Of a stretch of DNA of 64,000 nt, positions 52,694 through 62,601 are shown in pieces. The notes beneath the pieces were generated by a model that ran no database searches, was not told where the DNA came from, and was given only the letters and a program-made list of their open reading frames with translations. The DNA is taken from positions 45,168 to 109,167 of the forward strand of contig JAAYBX010000025.1 of the NCBI GenBank assembly GCA_012729955.1. Direction: 5' to 3'. The position numbers were made by a program, and so were the translations under genes. The DNA comes from Clostridiaceae bacterium. GTDB taxonomy: Bacteria > Bacillota > Clostridia > DUPQ01. The first letter of the stretch is position 1. The number at the start of each line of letters is the position of its first letter.

Positions 52694-53040
52694 TGGATGA
52701 TTGTATTTTCTGTAAAATTGTAAGAAAGGAGATACCAAGCACCAAAATATATGAGGATGATTATGTTTATGCTTTTATGGATATAAATCCACAGGCTAAA
52801 CATCATGTAATAATCATTCCCAAACAGCACATTCTGTCGGATATAAATGATATTACTGAAGATAACAGTTACATAATAGGCAGAATGTTTTATGCTGCAA
52901 AAAAAGTAAGTGAAATCCTGGGTATTTCCCAAAGCGGTGTAAGGATTATAAACAATACTGGAAAAGATGCCCATCAGTCTGTACATCATATTCACATACA
53001 TGTCTTGGGAGGTCAGGATATGGGTGAAGGTTTAGTATAG
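52693..53040 (+). CDS. HIT family protein (histidine triad nucleotide-binding)
   Basis: HHIHIHVLGG histidine triad. Confidence 0.9.
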   Translation: MDDCIFCKIVRKEIPSTKIYEDDYVYAFMDINPQAKHHVIIIPKQHILSDINDITEDNSYIIGRMFYAAKKVSEILGISQSGVRIINNTGKDAHQSVHHIHIHVLGGQDMGEGLV

Positions 53041-53088
53041 CCAACTCATTTTTAACCTGGATTTAATTTTTTTAGTGAAACATAGAAT

Positions 53089-53114
53089 AAAAAAATGGGA
53101 GCAATTTTGCTCCC
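53089..53114 (-). terminator. Intrinsic terminator for rpsU (possibly bidirectional)
   Basis: GGGAGCA-ATTT-TGCTCCC hairpin, flanked by an A7 tract on the + strand (U-tract for minus-strand transcript). Confidence 0.7.
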
Positions 53115-53120
53115 GTTTGA

Positions 53121-53297
53121 TTATCTTTTCTTTCTCTTTCTTGCTGCTTCAGATTTCTTTTTCCTCTTGACGCTGGGTTTTTCATAGTGTTCTCTTTTTC
53201 TTACTTCGGCTAAAACACCTGCTTTGGCGCATTGTCTTTTAAAACGCTTTAACGCGCTTTCGAGAGTTTCGTTTTCTTTAAGCCTTACTTCCGCCAT
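53121..53297 (-). CDS. rpsU: 30S ribosomal protein S21
   Basis: Hand-translated 58 aa [58 protein letters not shown]. Below the 60-aa cutoff of the ORF track. Confidence 0.9.
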   Translation of the reverse strand: MAEVRLKENETLESALKRFKRQCAKAGVLAEVRKREHYEKPSVKRKKKSEAARKRKKR

Positions 53298-53342
53298 CTG
53301 TTTTCACCACCCTTCTGTCATAAGGTAAATCAAGTCTTTTGT

Positions 53343-53371
53343 ATTTTATAGTTTCCTCGATGGTTTGTCAA
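53343..53371 (-). promoter_or_regulatory. Sigma-A promoter for rpsU
   Basis: On the minus strand TTGACA - 17 nt - TAAAAT, about 45 nt upstream of the rpsU ATG. Confidence 0.5.
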
Positions 53372-53377
53372 TAAAAA

Positions 53378-54196
53378 TCATGCTTTTTTATCAGGGTTAT
53401 TCAAATCTTCTTCCATGTGCTTGTAAAATGAATCTATTCCTTTATAAGCTATAATCAGTGCAAGAATGAAGATAAGCAGATCACCTAAAACTACATTAAG
53501 TGTTATAAACATCCAGATCACATAGATAATAGATGGTAAAGTAAGAGCGTATGCTGAAAGCTGTAAAGACAACATAAGATTTGTGTTTTTTTTCCTAGTC
53601 CTTCTTATTATGTTTACTACTAAAGAAATAAGCAGAGTATATAAAAGATAGTTAATAAAAAAGAAAATAAACAACATTAAGAAAAGGAAAACATAAAGAA
53701 ATGATTTTGCAGAGGATATTGTTTCAATAAGCATTTCTGATGTTACTTCCTGCTGGAGACCTAATATGGATTCATAGCTTACAAGATATCTAATGGCTGC
53801 ATTAGACAGATATACATCCTTTTTCCCAAGAACGATTACTGTATCATACTCTTCATATTTTGTTACAGAGCCCGCATACTCCTTATCAATTATTATAAGG
53901 GTTCCTTTGTCTGCAGTTTCAGCAAGAATGATTGGCTGATCATTATCTATGACAAGCTCTGCATTCTTGATTGAAAATTTTTGGGAGTTCTGCTTGAGTT
54001 GAGTAATCAGCTCAGTTGTGTATGAGTTTACTGATGCTATGTATATTGACGAAAAAACAACTGCAAGCAGTAAGGTCAGAATTAGAATATATAAGAATGG
54101 TTTTAATAAATTCTTAGATGCAAAGTGCCTGTATGCATGCATGTCAGTAAAACTTTTTATAAATATCCAGTATATCGGTTTTTTATTGTTCTCCAT
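53378..54196 (-). CDS. DUF1189-family membrane protein
   Basis: 272 aa. N-terminal basic region then TM helices; architecture of YqeZ/DUF1189-like proteins. Confidence 0.5.
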   Translation of the reverse strand: MENNKKPIYWIFIKSFTDMHAYRHFASKNLLKPFLYILILTLLLAVVFSSIYIASVNSYTTELITQLKQNSQKFSIKNAELVIDNDQPIILAETADKGTLIIIDKEYAGSVTKYEEYDTVIVLGKKDVYLSNAAIRYLVSYESILGLQQEVTSEMLIETISSAKSFLYVFLFLMLFIFFFINYLLYTLLISLVVNIIRRTRKKNTNLMLSLQLSAYALTLPSIIYVIWMFITLNVVLGDLLIFILALIIAYKGIDSFYKHMEEDLNNPDKKA

Positions 54197-54292
54197 AAAT
54201 CTCCTAATAAAATATAAACTTTACTATACATTATACAGCATATTAACAAAAATCGTACTGTATACATTAATCCATTATGCTAAAATATACAT

Positions 54293-56305
54293 ATGGATAA
54301 AATGGATAAAGAATTTAAATCAAATAGATTTATTTTAAAATCGGATTACAAACCGACTGGTGACCAGCCTTCTGCCATTGAGACATTGGTAAATGGAGTG
54401 CTTGAAGGAGATAAGCATCAGACTCTTCTGGGAGTCACCGGATCTGGAAAAACTTTTACAATGGCGAATATAATTGAAAGAGTCCAGAAACCTACTCTTG
54501 TCATTGCACATAACAAGACACTTGCCGCTCAGCTCTGCTCAGAATTTAAGGAGTTCTTTCCAGATAACAGTGTAGAGTACTTCGTTTCGTATTATGACTA
54601 TTTCCAGCCTGAAGCATATATCCCGTCAACAGATACATATATCGAAAAAGATTTATCTATAAATGACGAAATTGACCAGTTGAGACATGCAGCCACATCA
54701 GCTCTTCTGCAAAGAAGGGATGTAATAATCGTCGCTTCCGTTTCCCGCATCTATGGTCTTGGCGATCCCGCTGATTATAAAGATCTCATGTTATATGTCG
54801 GAGTGGGTATGACAAAGGACAGGGATGAGGTAATAAAAAAACTAGTGGAAATCCAGTATTCCAGGAATGAAGTGGATTTTAAGAGGGGTACTTTCAGAGC
54901 AAAAGGGGATTCATTGGAAATCGCTCCTTCAAATAGCGCAAATAGTGCATACAGAATCAGTTTTTTTGGAGATGAAATCGAAAAAATCACTCAGTTTGAT
55001 CCTATGACAGGAGAGATATCCGGTAATGTGAATCATCTAGCAATTTTTCCAGCCAGCCATTTCGTGTCAAAGGATACGAAACTTAATAAAGCTCTGGATG
55101 AGATACAGTCTGAACTTGAACAAAGAGTGGCTTATTTCGAAAAGGAAGGCAAGATAGTAGAAGCTTACAGACTCAACCAGAGAACAAACTATGATTTGGA
55201 AATGATTAGAAATATCGGTTTCTGCTCAGGAATTGAGAATTACTCAAGACATATAGATGGCAGAACAGCCGGACAGCCTCCGGCTACACTTTTATCCTTT
55301 TTCCCTGAGGATTTTCTTATGTTCATAGATGAATCCCATGTGACTGTTTCGCAGATAGGCGGTATGCATAAAGGTGACCGTTCAAGAAAGAAGAACTTGA
55401 TTGAATTCGGATTCCGGCTTCCATCAGCATACGACAACAGACCGCTGACTTTTGAGGAATTCAAGAAAAAACAAAACCAGTGCATATATGTTTCTGCAAC
55501 TCCAGGCGATTATGAGCTTACAGTATCACAGCGTATAGCCGAGCAGATTATAAGGCCGACAGGGCTTATGGATCCTAAGATAGAGGTACGTCCTGTAAAA
55601 GGGCAGGTTGACGACCTGCTTGCTGAAATACAGGAAACGGTATCAAGAAATAACCGTGTGCTTGTGACTACTTTGACAAAAAGAATGGCTGAAAGGCTAA
55701 CTGAATATTATTCTAGTCTCGATGTTAAAGTACAATATCTTCATTCTGATGTGGAGACACTTGAAAGAATACAGATACTGAAACAACTAAGAGATGGGAC
55801 ATTTGATGTACTGATTGGTATAAATCTTCTGCGTGAAGGAATTGATCTGCCTGAGGTTGAACTTGTCGCTATATTAGATGCAGATAAGGAAGGATTTTTG
55901 AGAAGCACGCGATCTCTTATACAAACAGCAGGCAGAGCTGCAAGGAATGTTGCAGGCAGAGTCATAATGTATGCTGATATTATTACAGACAGTATGAAAG
56001 CCGCTATTAATGAAACAGACAGAAGAAGGGCTATACAGATGGAATATAACGAGAAGAATAATATAGTTCCATCAAGTATAGTAAAGGAAATAAGGGACAA
56101 TGTTCGATTTAAGGTGATGGAAAAACATAATTCAAGACACTCATATACCAAAGAAATACCTAAAACTGAAGTTGAAATAGTTCGCTTAATTGATTTATAT
56201 GAAAGACAGATGAAAAGATATGCAAAGCTTCAGGAATACGAAAATGCTGCCAGATACAGAGATATGATAAAAGAGCTTAAAGATGCTTTAGGCAGCGGGA
56301 TTTAG
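54293..56305 (+). CDS. uvrB: Excinuclease ABC subunit B
   Basis: [13 protein letters not shown], Walker [12 protein letters not shown]-terminal UVR domain (RYRDMIKEL). True start may be the second Met (54302). Confidence 0.95.
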   Translation: MDKMDKEFKSNRFILKSDYKPTGDQPSAIETLVNGVLEGDKHQTLLGVTGSGKTFTMANIIERVQKPTLVIAHNKTLAAQLCSEFKEFFPDNSVEYFVSYYDYFQPEAYIPSTDTYIEKDLSINDEIDQLRHAATSALLQRRDVIIVASVSRIYGLGDPADYKDLMLYVGVGMTKDRDEVIKKLVEIQYSRNEVDFKRGTFRAKGDSLEIAPSNSANSAYRISFFGDEIEKITQFDPMTGEISGNVNHLAIFPASHFVSKDTKLNKALDEIQSELEQRVAYFEKEGKIVEAYRLNQRTNYDLEMIRNIGFCSGIENYSRHIDGRTAGQPPATLLSFFPEDFLMFIDESHVTVSQIGGMHKGDRSRKKNLIEFGFRLPSAYDNRPLTFEEFKKKQNQCIYVSATPGDYELTVSQRIAEQIIRPTGLMDPKIEVRPVKGQVDDLLAEIQETVSRNNRVLVTTLTKRMAERLTEYYSSLDVKVQYLHSDVETLERIQILKQLRDGTFDVLIGINLLREGIDLPEVELVAILDADKEGFLRSTRSLIQTAGRAARNVAGRVIMYADIITDSMKAAINETDRRRAIQMEYNEKNNIVPSSIVKEIRDNVRFKVMEKHNSRHSYTKEIPKTEVEIVRLIDLYERQMKRYAKLQEYENAARYRDMIKELKDALGSGI

Positions 56306-56385
56306 TGTTGAAAAGAAAGTAGAAATAGAGTAACATACACATGATAAGCCCATGAAAGGAGAAAGGGTAAATACCCTGAAATATT

Positions 56386-57357
56386 ATGAATAAAGTACGA
56401 GTCGGATTATATGGTATTAACGGACATCAGATACATAATCAGATGATTAACCACGATAAAGCTGAAGTTACTGCTATCTCTATGATAGACAAAGAAAAAC
56501 TTCCAAAAGAACTTATAACGGATGATGTTACGTTCTATGAGGATTTTGATTCTCTGATTAATGCAAAAAATGTAGATGTTGTATCTATATGCGCTCCAAA
56601 AAGAATAGACCAGAAAAATCTAGCGATTAAAGCCATGCTTGCAGGCAAGCATGTTTACAGTGAAAAGCCTTGCGCTTATACAGAAGCAGAACTGGATGAA
56701 ATACTGCAGGTATCTGAAAAAACCGGCATGCTTTTTCATGAAATGGCTGGATCTGCGTTTGATGAACCTTTTATTTCAGTTACTGAAATTATTAAATCCG
56801 GACGTATTGGCGAGATCGTGCAGGTTTTTGCTCAGAAGTCATACCCTTTCAAGACTTCAGCAGGCAGGCCTCAGGATGACATAACTGATGGCGGGCTTAT
56901 ACGTTGGATAGCTGTTCATGCAGCAAGATTCATTGAACATACAACAGGCTTGAAAATTAAGGACATATATGCAATGGAAACCAGACATGGAAATCCAGTA
57001 AAAGATGGAGATTTAAAGATGGCTGCAAGCCTGATGTTTTCACTAGATAATAACGCAGTGGGATGCATCGTTTCAAATTATCTTAACATGAATAATTTCC
57101 CGACATGGGGTAATGAGCATTTAAGAGTATGGGGTACAAATGGGTTTGTTGAGATAACAGACGGACTGACAAAAACAAGGCTGGTGACTCCAGATTATGA
57201 CGGTCCCGTCGAGATCAAGCATAAATCTATTGACTACTTTGACTTCTTTATAGATGAAATACTATATAACAAGCCGATGCCTTTAACATTGGAAGAAGAG
57301 CTGCATCCGTTAAGAGCAGTAATCAGAGCTCAGGAAAAAGCCATGGAGGTTGAATAA
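56386..57357 (+). CDS. Gfo/Idh/MocA family oxidoreductase
   Basis: Rossmann N-terminus (VRVGLYGINGHQIH), EKP motif. Confidence 0.8.
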   Translation: MNKVRVGLYGINGHQIHNQMINHDKAEVTAISMIDKEKLPKELITDDVTFYEDFDSLINAKNVDVVSICAPKRIDQKNLAIKAMLAGKHVYSEKPCAYTEAELDEILQVSEKTGMLFHEMAGSAFDEPFISVTEIIKSGRIGEIVQVFAQKSYPFKTSAGRPQDDITDGGLIRWIAVHAARFIEHTTGLKIKDIYAMETRHGNPVKDGDLKMAASLMFSLDNNAVGCIVSNYLNMNNFPTWGNEHLRVWGTNGFVEITDGLTKTRLVTPDYDGPVEIKHKSIDYFDFFIDEILYNKPMPLTLEEELHPLRAVIRAQEKAMEVE

Positions 57358-58541
57358 TGAAAATTGTAGTAGTGGGCATAGGCGGTTATGGAGAAATAGT
57401 TCTTAACGGGTTATTTGCAAATCCTGACAAACTGGATTTCACTATTGAAGGATATGTTGCTCCAAGACCCAAAGACAATGATTACTCAAAAAGGCTACAT
57501 GAGATGGGTGCAGAAAGATATATCACTTTGGAAGATTTCTATGAAAAGAAACATGCTGATCTTGCTGTCATATCCAGTCCGATTGAATTTCATATGCCGC
57601 AGACAATCTTATGCTTAAGCCATAATACAGCTGTTATGTGCGAAAAACCTGTTGCTGGAACAATACAGGACGCATATGCAATGAAGAAGGCTGAAGACTC
57701 TTCGGCCGCCTTTGTTGGTATAGGATACCAGTGGTCATATTCAGATGCGATTATTAATCTTAAGAAAGACATACTATCTGGTATGTATGGAAAACCTACA
57801 AGATTAAAGAATATAGTGCTTTGGCCAAGAACTCAGAGATATTTTAAGCGGAACAGCTGGGCAGGAATGATAAAGAATGATTCAGGATATTGGATTTTGG
57901 ATTCTGTAGCCAATAATGCCACTGCCCATTATATTCATAACATGTTCTTTGTCTTGGGTGATAGTCTGAAGAGCAGCGCGTGGCCTAAAACTATACAGGC
58001 GAATATTTACAGAGCGAATGATATTGAAAATTATGACACATGCGTTTCCAGGATAATTACGCAAAATGATGTTGAAATACTATATTATGCGAGTCATTCG
58101 ACTGAAACTAAATGCGAACCTCTTTTAGATTTTCAATTTGAAAAAGGAGAGATATATGCTGATTTCAATAAGGAAAAGTGTATATATGGCAAAGTAGATG
58201 GCAAGATAATTTCATACGGGAATCCTTTTGATGTTGAGATGAAGAAAGTGTTTGACTGTATAAGGACAATCAAGGGTAACGACGTTAATTATTGTCCGAT
58301 AGATGCAGCAATACCTCAGCTTAAAACAATTAATGCGATCAGTCAGTATTATGATATTAATCAGATAGCACCGGATAAACTGGGATTCTTGGATGCTGAA
58401 GAGAATACTACCAAATTAGTTTATGTCAAAGGCCTGTATCAAGACATGATGAAAGCATATAGCGAGGGCAGGATTCTTGATGAGTCTTCTAAAGTTATTG
58501 ATATTACCGGATATGACCATTTTGAAAATATTAAACAATAG
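57357..58541 (+). CDS. Gfo/Idh/MocA family oxidoreductase (second copy)
   Basis: MKIVVVGIGGYGEIV Rossmann start, EKP motif. Start overlaps the upstream stop. Confidence 0.8.
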   Translation: MKIVVVGIGGYGEIVLNGLFANPDKLDFTIEGYVAPRPKDNDYSKRLHEMGAERYITLEDFYEKKHADLAVISSPIEFHMPQTILCLSHNTAVMCEKPVAGTIQDAYAMKKAEDSSAAFVGIGYQWSYSDAIINLKKDILSGMYGKPTRLKNIVLWPRTQRYFKRNSWAGMIKNDSGYWILDSVANNATAHYIHNMFFVLGDSLKSSAWPKTIQANIYRANDIENYDTCVSRIITQNDVEILYYASHSTETKCEPLLDFQFEKGEIYADFNKEKCIYGKVDGKIISYGNPFDVEMKKVFDCIRTIKGNDVNYCPIDAAIPQLKTINAISQYYDINQIAPDKLGFLDAEENTTKLVYVKGLYQDMMKAYSEGRILDESSKVIDITGYDHFENIKQ

Positions 58542-58550
58542 GAGGAAGTA

Positions 58551-61500
58551 ATGTACCTAGACCAGAACCACATTAAAAAGTTTCTTCATGATATGTCCTC
58601 AATGAGGTTTACAAGTATTAATGATGTTTCCAACATCCACATAATGGAAGTAACAGGCAAGATAAACCTGAAGGTATTGAAAGAGACAGATGTTACTAAA
58701 ATGCAGCCATACGATTGCGGAAAAATATATGAAACAGAAGGCAACAGATATCATATATTCAAATTTAAATTAAAAGTAAACCCCATATATGATCAGAAAC
58801 CATTTGTACTTAAAGCTATTACAGGCTTTGGCTGTGACTGGAATGAATACAGAAATCCAAATTTCCTGCTTTTTGTGAATGGAGAACCAGAACAGGCTTT
58901 TGACTATGGGCATCATGAATGTATAATTACTGACTGTGCAAAAGCATATGATGAGTATGACTGTTTCATTTTCGAGTTTTCCGGTATGAAAAAAGGACCG
59001 GTACAACTCACATTAAAAACATGCTCTCTCGACCATGCGACTGAGGATCTTTATTATGACATATTGTGCCCAGCGGAATCAGTTACTTTTATTGAAAGTG
59101 AAGCAATTAGAAAAGATACATTGAAATACCTGATAAATGCAATAAATATGGTTGATCTTAGAAAACCATATTCACAGGAATACTATAATACAATCAAAAA
59201 GGCTGATGAGTATCTTTTAGAAGAATATTATAAAAAATACTGTGACGATGACACATCACAAGTAACAGTTGCGGCTGTCGGACATTCGCACATCGATGTT
59301 GCATGGAGATGGCCATTAAAAGAAACCAGGCAGAAGACAGTAAGGACCTTCACAACACAGCTTAAAAACATGCGTGACTACAAAGATTTTAAGTTTATAG
59401 TAAGCCAGCCTCAGCTATACAGGTATCTTGAGGAAGATTACCCTGAAATGATTAATAAGATAAAACTTGCAGTTGAGAACAAGCAGTGGGAACCAGAAGG
59501 CGCAATGTGGCTGGAAGCTGACTGTAATCTGGTAAGCGGTGAATCTTTTGTCAGACAGATAATGCATGGCAAGAGGTATTTAAAGAAAATGTTCAACACT
59601 GATTCAAGAATTCTGTGGCTTCCTGATGTTTTTGGATACAGTGCAGCATTACCTCAGATTTTAAAGAAATCAGGAGTAGACTATTTTTCAACATCCAAAA
59701 TTTCCTGGAATGAATATAATGTCATACCATATAACACATTCATGTGGCAGGGAATAGACGGATCGGAAGTATTTACTAATTTCATAGTTGGCGGAAGAGG
59801 CCCTGATGATAATGGAAGACCAAGAGTAAATTACAATGCTTGGGTTGATGCGGAAAATGTCATGGGAACATGGAGAAACTACCGGGATAAGGGATTATCC
59901 AAAGAACCTTTTATGACATATGGTCTGGGTGATGGCGGGGGAGGACCTAGCAGAGATCACCTTGAGCAAGTTATACGGTTTGCCAGAGGTATAAAAGGAA
60001 TGCCTAAATTGCAGAATGTAACGGTTACAGAGTATTTCGACAGACTGTATAACAGCGTTAAAGACGATGCAAGACTTCCAAAATGGAATGGCGAACTATA
60101 TCTCGAATTCCATCGCGGAACATATACATCTATAGCAAAAAACAAAAAGAACAACAGGAAATCTGAAATACTAATGCGTGATACCGAGCTGTTCTGCTCT
60201 TTAGCTGACAAATTAAAGCTGGACACATATGATAAAAAGAAACTTTATGATACTTGGGACACAATCTTACTAAATCAGTTCCATGATATTATACCAGGAT
60301 CTTCAATTAAAGAAGTATATGATGATTCTGATATAGACTATGCAAGGGTCATGAAAGACGGCAAGGATCTTCTATCTAGTTCACTTCATGCATTCATAAG
60401 GACTGTTAAAGGAGATGATTTGTGTGTAGTGTTTAATCAGCTTGCTTTTAAGCGAGTTGATACAGTGAAACTAAGGACAGACAAGTCATTTAACAGCGCA
60501 TATGATAATAGCGGAAATATAATACCTGGTCAGACCATTACAGAAGATAACAAACAGTATTTCATTTTTGAAGCAAAACTCTGTTCAATGGGGTATACGG
60601 TATTCCGTCTTTCATACGATAAATGTGAAGTTAAAGATGAATCCTTCAATGCAGTAAACAATATGATGCAGAATGAACACCTGAAGGTAGTTTTTGATGA
60701 TAATATGAATATTTCTTCTATTTATGACAAAGATGCAAAAAGGGAGGTTATACTTGAAGGCCAAAGCGCAAATAAGATAACTGCATATGAGGACAAACCT
60801 TTAAAATATCAGGCATGGGATATAAATATATACTATAATGAGAAACCATATGAAATTGATGATGTAACATATTCAGCTTTGGTTGAAGATGGTCCGGTCA
60901 GAAAATGCATCAGAATAGACCGCAAATTTATGGATACTGCTATAACTCAGTATATATCGTTGGAAAAGAATGCGAGAAAGATTGATTTCAAAACGGTAAT
61001 TGACTGCAATCATGATGATTTACTGTTAAAAGCTGCTTTTCCTGTCGATGTGCATGCAAATGAAGCAACTTATGATATCCAGTTCGGTAATGTTAAAAGA
61101 CCTACCCATTGGAACACAAGCTGGGATTATGCGCGCTTTGAAGTCTGTGCTCACAAGTGGGCTGATCTGTCAGAAGATGATTATGGTGTAAGTATTCTGA
61201 ATGACTGCAAATATGGTCATGATATCAAAGGATCTGTTATTAGGCTTACATTACTGAAATCAGCAATCGAGCCGTATCCGGATGCGGACAGAGGTTTACA
61301 TGAGTTCACTTATTCGCTTTATCCTCACATGGGAGATTTTAAGAAAGCGCATACTGTGGATATGGCATATAAGCTTAACTACAGGCCATATGCCAATTAC
61401 ATTGAAAAAGGTACAGGAGACATAACTAATTATAAATCTTTTATGACATGTAATAATGAAAATGTAATTGTAGATACTTTGAAAAAAGCTGAGGATAGCG

Positions 61501-61691
61501 AGGATTTAGTATTGCGAGTTTATGAGTGTTTTAACAGACGAACTGACTGTACGATTGACCTTAATGTTGAGGTTTCAAAAGCAATTGAATGTGACCTCAT
61601 GGAAAATGACATCTGTGATGCAGTCATCGAGGATAGTGTTCTGAAGTTTACAATCAAGCCATATGAGATTAAAACATTCAAAATTTCGTAG
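58551..61691 (+). CDS. Glycoside hydrolase family 38 alpha-mannosidase (cytosolic type)
   Basis: 1046 aa. GH38 N-domain motif AVGHSHIDVAWRW with catalytic nucleophile region. Confidence 0.9.
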   Translation: MYLDQNHIKKFLHDMSSMRFTSINDVSNIHIMEVTGKINLKVLKETDVTKMQPYDCGKIYETEGNRYHIFKFKLKVNPIYDQKPFVLKAITGFGCDWNEYRNPNFLLFVNGEPEQAFDYGHHECIITDCAKAYDEYDCFIFEFSGMKKGPVQLTLKTCSLDHATEDLYYDILCPAESVTFIESEAIRKDTLKYLINAINMVDLRKPYSQEYYNTIKKADEYLLEEYYKKYCDDDTSQVTVAAVGHSHIDVAWRWPLKETRQKTVRTFTTQLKNMRDYKDFKFIVSQPQLYRYLEEDYPEMINKIKLAVENKQWEPEGAMWLEADCNLVSGESFVRQIMHGKRYLKKMFNTDSRILWLPDVFGYSAALPQILKKSGVDYFSTSKISWNEYNVIPYNTFMWQGIDGSEVFTNFIVGGRGPDDNGRPRVNYNAWVDAENVMGTWRNYRDKGLSKEPFMTYGLGDGGGGPSRDHLEQVIRFARGIKGMPKLQNVTVTEYFDRLYNSVKDDARLPKWNGELYLEFHRGTYTSIAKNKKNNRKSEILMRDTELFCSLADKLKLDTYDKKKLYDTWDTILLNQFHDIIPGSSIKEVYDDSDIDYARVMKDGKDLLSSSLHAFIRTVKGDDLCVVFNQLAFKRVDTVKLRTDKSFNSAYDNSGNIIPGQTITEDNKQYFIFEAKLCSMGYTVFRLSYDKCEVKDESFNAVNNMMQNEHLKVVFDDNMNISSIYDKDAKREVILEGQSANKITAYEDKPLKYQAWDINIYYNEKPYEIDDVTYSALVEDGPVRKCIRIDRKFMDTAITQYISLEKNARKIDFKTVIDCNHDDLLLKAAFPVDVHANEATYDIQFGNVKRPTHWNTSWDYARFEVCAHKWADLSEDDYGVSILNDCKYGHDIKGSVIRLTLLKSAIEPYPDADRGLHEFTYSLYPHMGDFKKAHTVDMAYKLNYRPYANYIEKGTGDITNYKSFMTCNNENVIVDTLKKAEDSEDLVLRVYECFNRRTDCTIDLNVEVSKAIECDLMENDICDAVIEDSVLKFTIKPYEIKTFKIS

Positions 61692-61760
61692 AATTATGGC
61701 ATAAAAGAAATTGTATAAGAAGAAATAATAAAAAGGTTTTGCAAAAAAATATGGAAAAAG

Positions 61761-61788
61761 AATGATGGTCTTCGACCGTCATTTTTTG
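61761..61788. terminator. Bidirectional intrinsic terminator between the GH38 gene (+) and the Cof hydrolase gene (-)
   Basis: AATGATGGTC-TTCG-ACCGTCATT hairpin with a T6 tract on the + side and an A-rich tract on the other. Confidence 0.6.
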
Positions 61789-61794
61789 CATTCT

Positions 61795-62595
61795 TTACTT
61801 TTTAATCAGGTTTTCAACAATATATGCAATAACGCCTTCGTTGTTTGAACAAGCAATCATATCAGCATGTTTTTTAACTTCGTCGTGTGAATTGCCTGCA
61901 GCTACAGCAAATCCGGCATAATCAAGCATGTCAATATCATTAAATCCATCACCGACTGATATTATCTGTTCTCTTTTTATTCCTAAGGCTTCAGAAATCT
62001 TGGAAAGAGCTGTAGCTTTGGAAATGCTGCTGCTGAAAAATTCCAAAAAATAAGGCCTTGTAGTGACGGCAGTTACAGAAGAAGGAGAAAGTTTTGCAGC
62101 AGTTTCCCTGATGCTTGTTATTTTTTCTAAAGTATCAGTGAATACGAATTTTGTAGGCCCATTATCACATTTTCTTAAATCTATCTGGTCAAGAAGAAGA
62201 GGGGTAACACCGGTTATGCCTGCATAATCATATGCATATTTATTAAGCTGCGATACGTAAAGGATGTTATTGTGCCACATGCATATAGTGCAATTAAAAA
62301 TATCATTAAGTGCAATGACATGCAGAGCATCATCAATACTCATTGTCTCATTATGTATCAGTGGCCCATTTTTACTCAAGTAGACCATCGCTCCATTATT
62401 TGTGACCACAGGTGATGTCAGCTTAAGATCATCATATATCTTCAAAACTCCCAAAAGAGGCCGTCCTGTACACAAGACAAGTCTGATTCCTTTCTCCTCA
62501 AGATAAGCAGCTGCCTGGTAAGTGTTTGCCGGGAGATTTCCTTCATCATCTAAAAGCGTACCGTCTATATCTGTTGCGATTAATCTGTAATTCAT
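61795..62595 (-). CDS. Cof-type HAD-IIB hydrolase
   Basis: IATDIDGTLL motif I. GDGFNDIDML motif IV. Confidence 0.85.
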   Translation of the reverse strand: MNYRLIATDIDGTLLDDEGNLPANTYQAAAYLEEKGIRLVLCTGRPLLGVLKIYDDLKLTSPVVTNNGAMVYLSKNGPLIHNETMSIDDALHVIALNDIFNCTICMWHNNILYVSQLNKYAYDYAGITGVTPLLLDQIDLRKCDNGPTKFVFTDTLEKITSIRETAAKLSPSSVTAVTTRPYFLEFFSSSISKATALSKISEALGIKREQIISVGDGFNDIDMLDYAGFAVAAGNSHDEVKKHADMIACSNNEGVIAYIVENLIKK

Positions 62596-62601
62596 TTTTT
62601 T

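Noticed and set aside
52615-53001. 128-aa minus-strand ORF overlapping alaS 3' end and the HIT gene
   Set aside because: Antisense to the HIT gene bearing an intact histidine triad. No independent support.
54197-54292. Looked for a LexA/Cheo box (GAAC-N4-GTTC) upstream of uvrB
   Set aside because: No convincing match in the AT-rich spacer, so no SOS-box feature is claimed.
54018-54338. 106-aa + strand ORF overlapping the DUF1189 gene end and uvrB upstream region
   Set aside because: AT-rich low-complexity translation overlapping a minus-strand membrane protein gene. Likely spurious.
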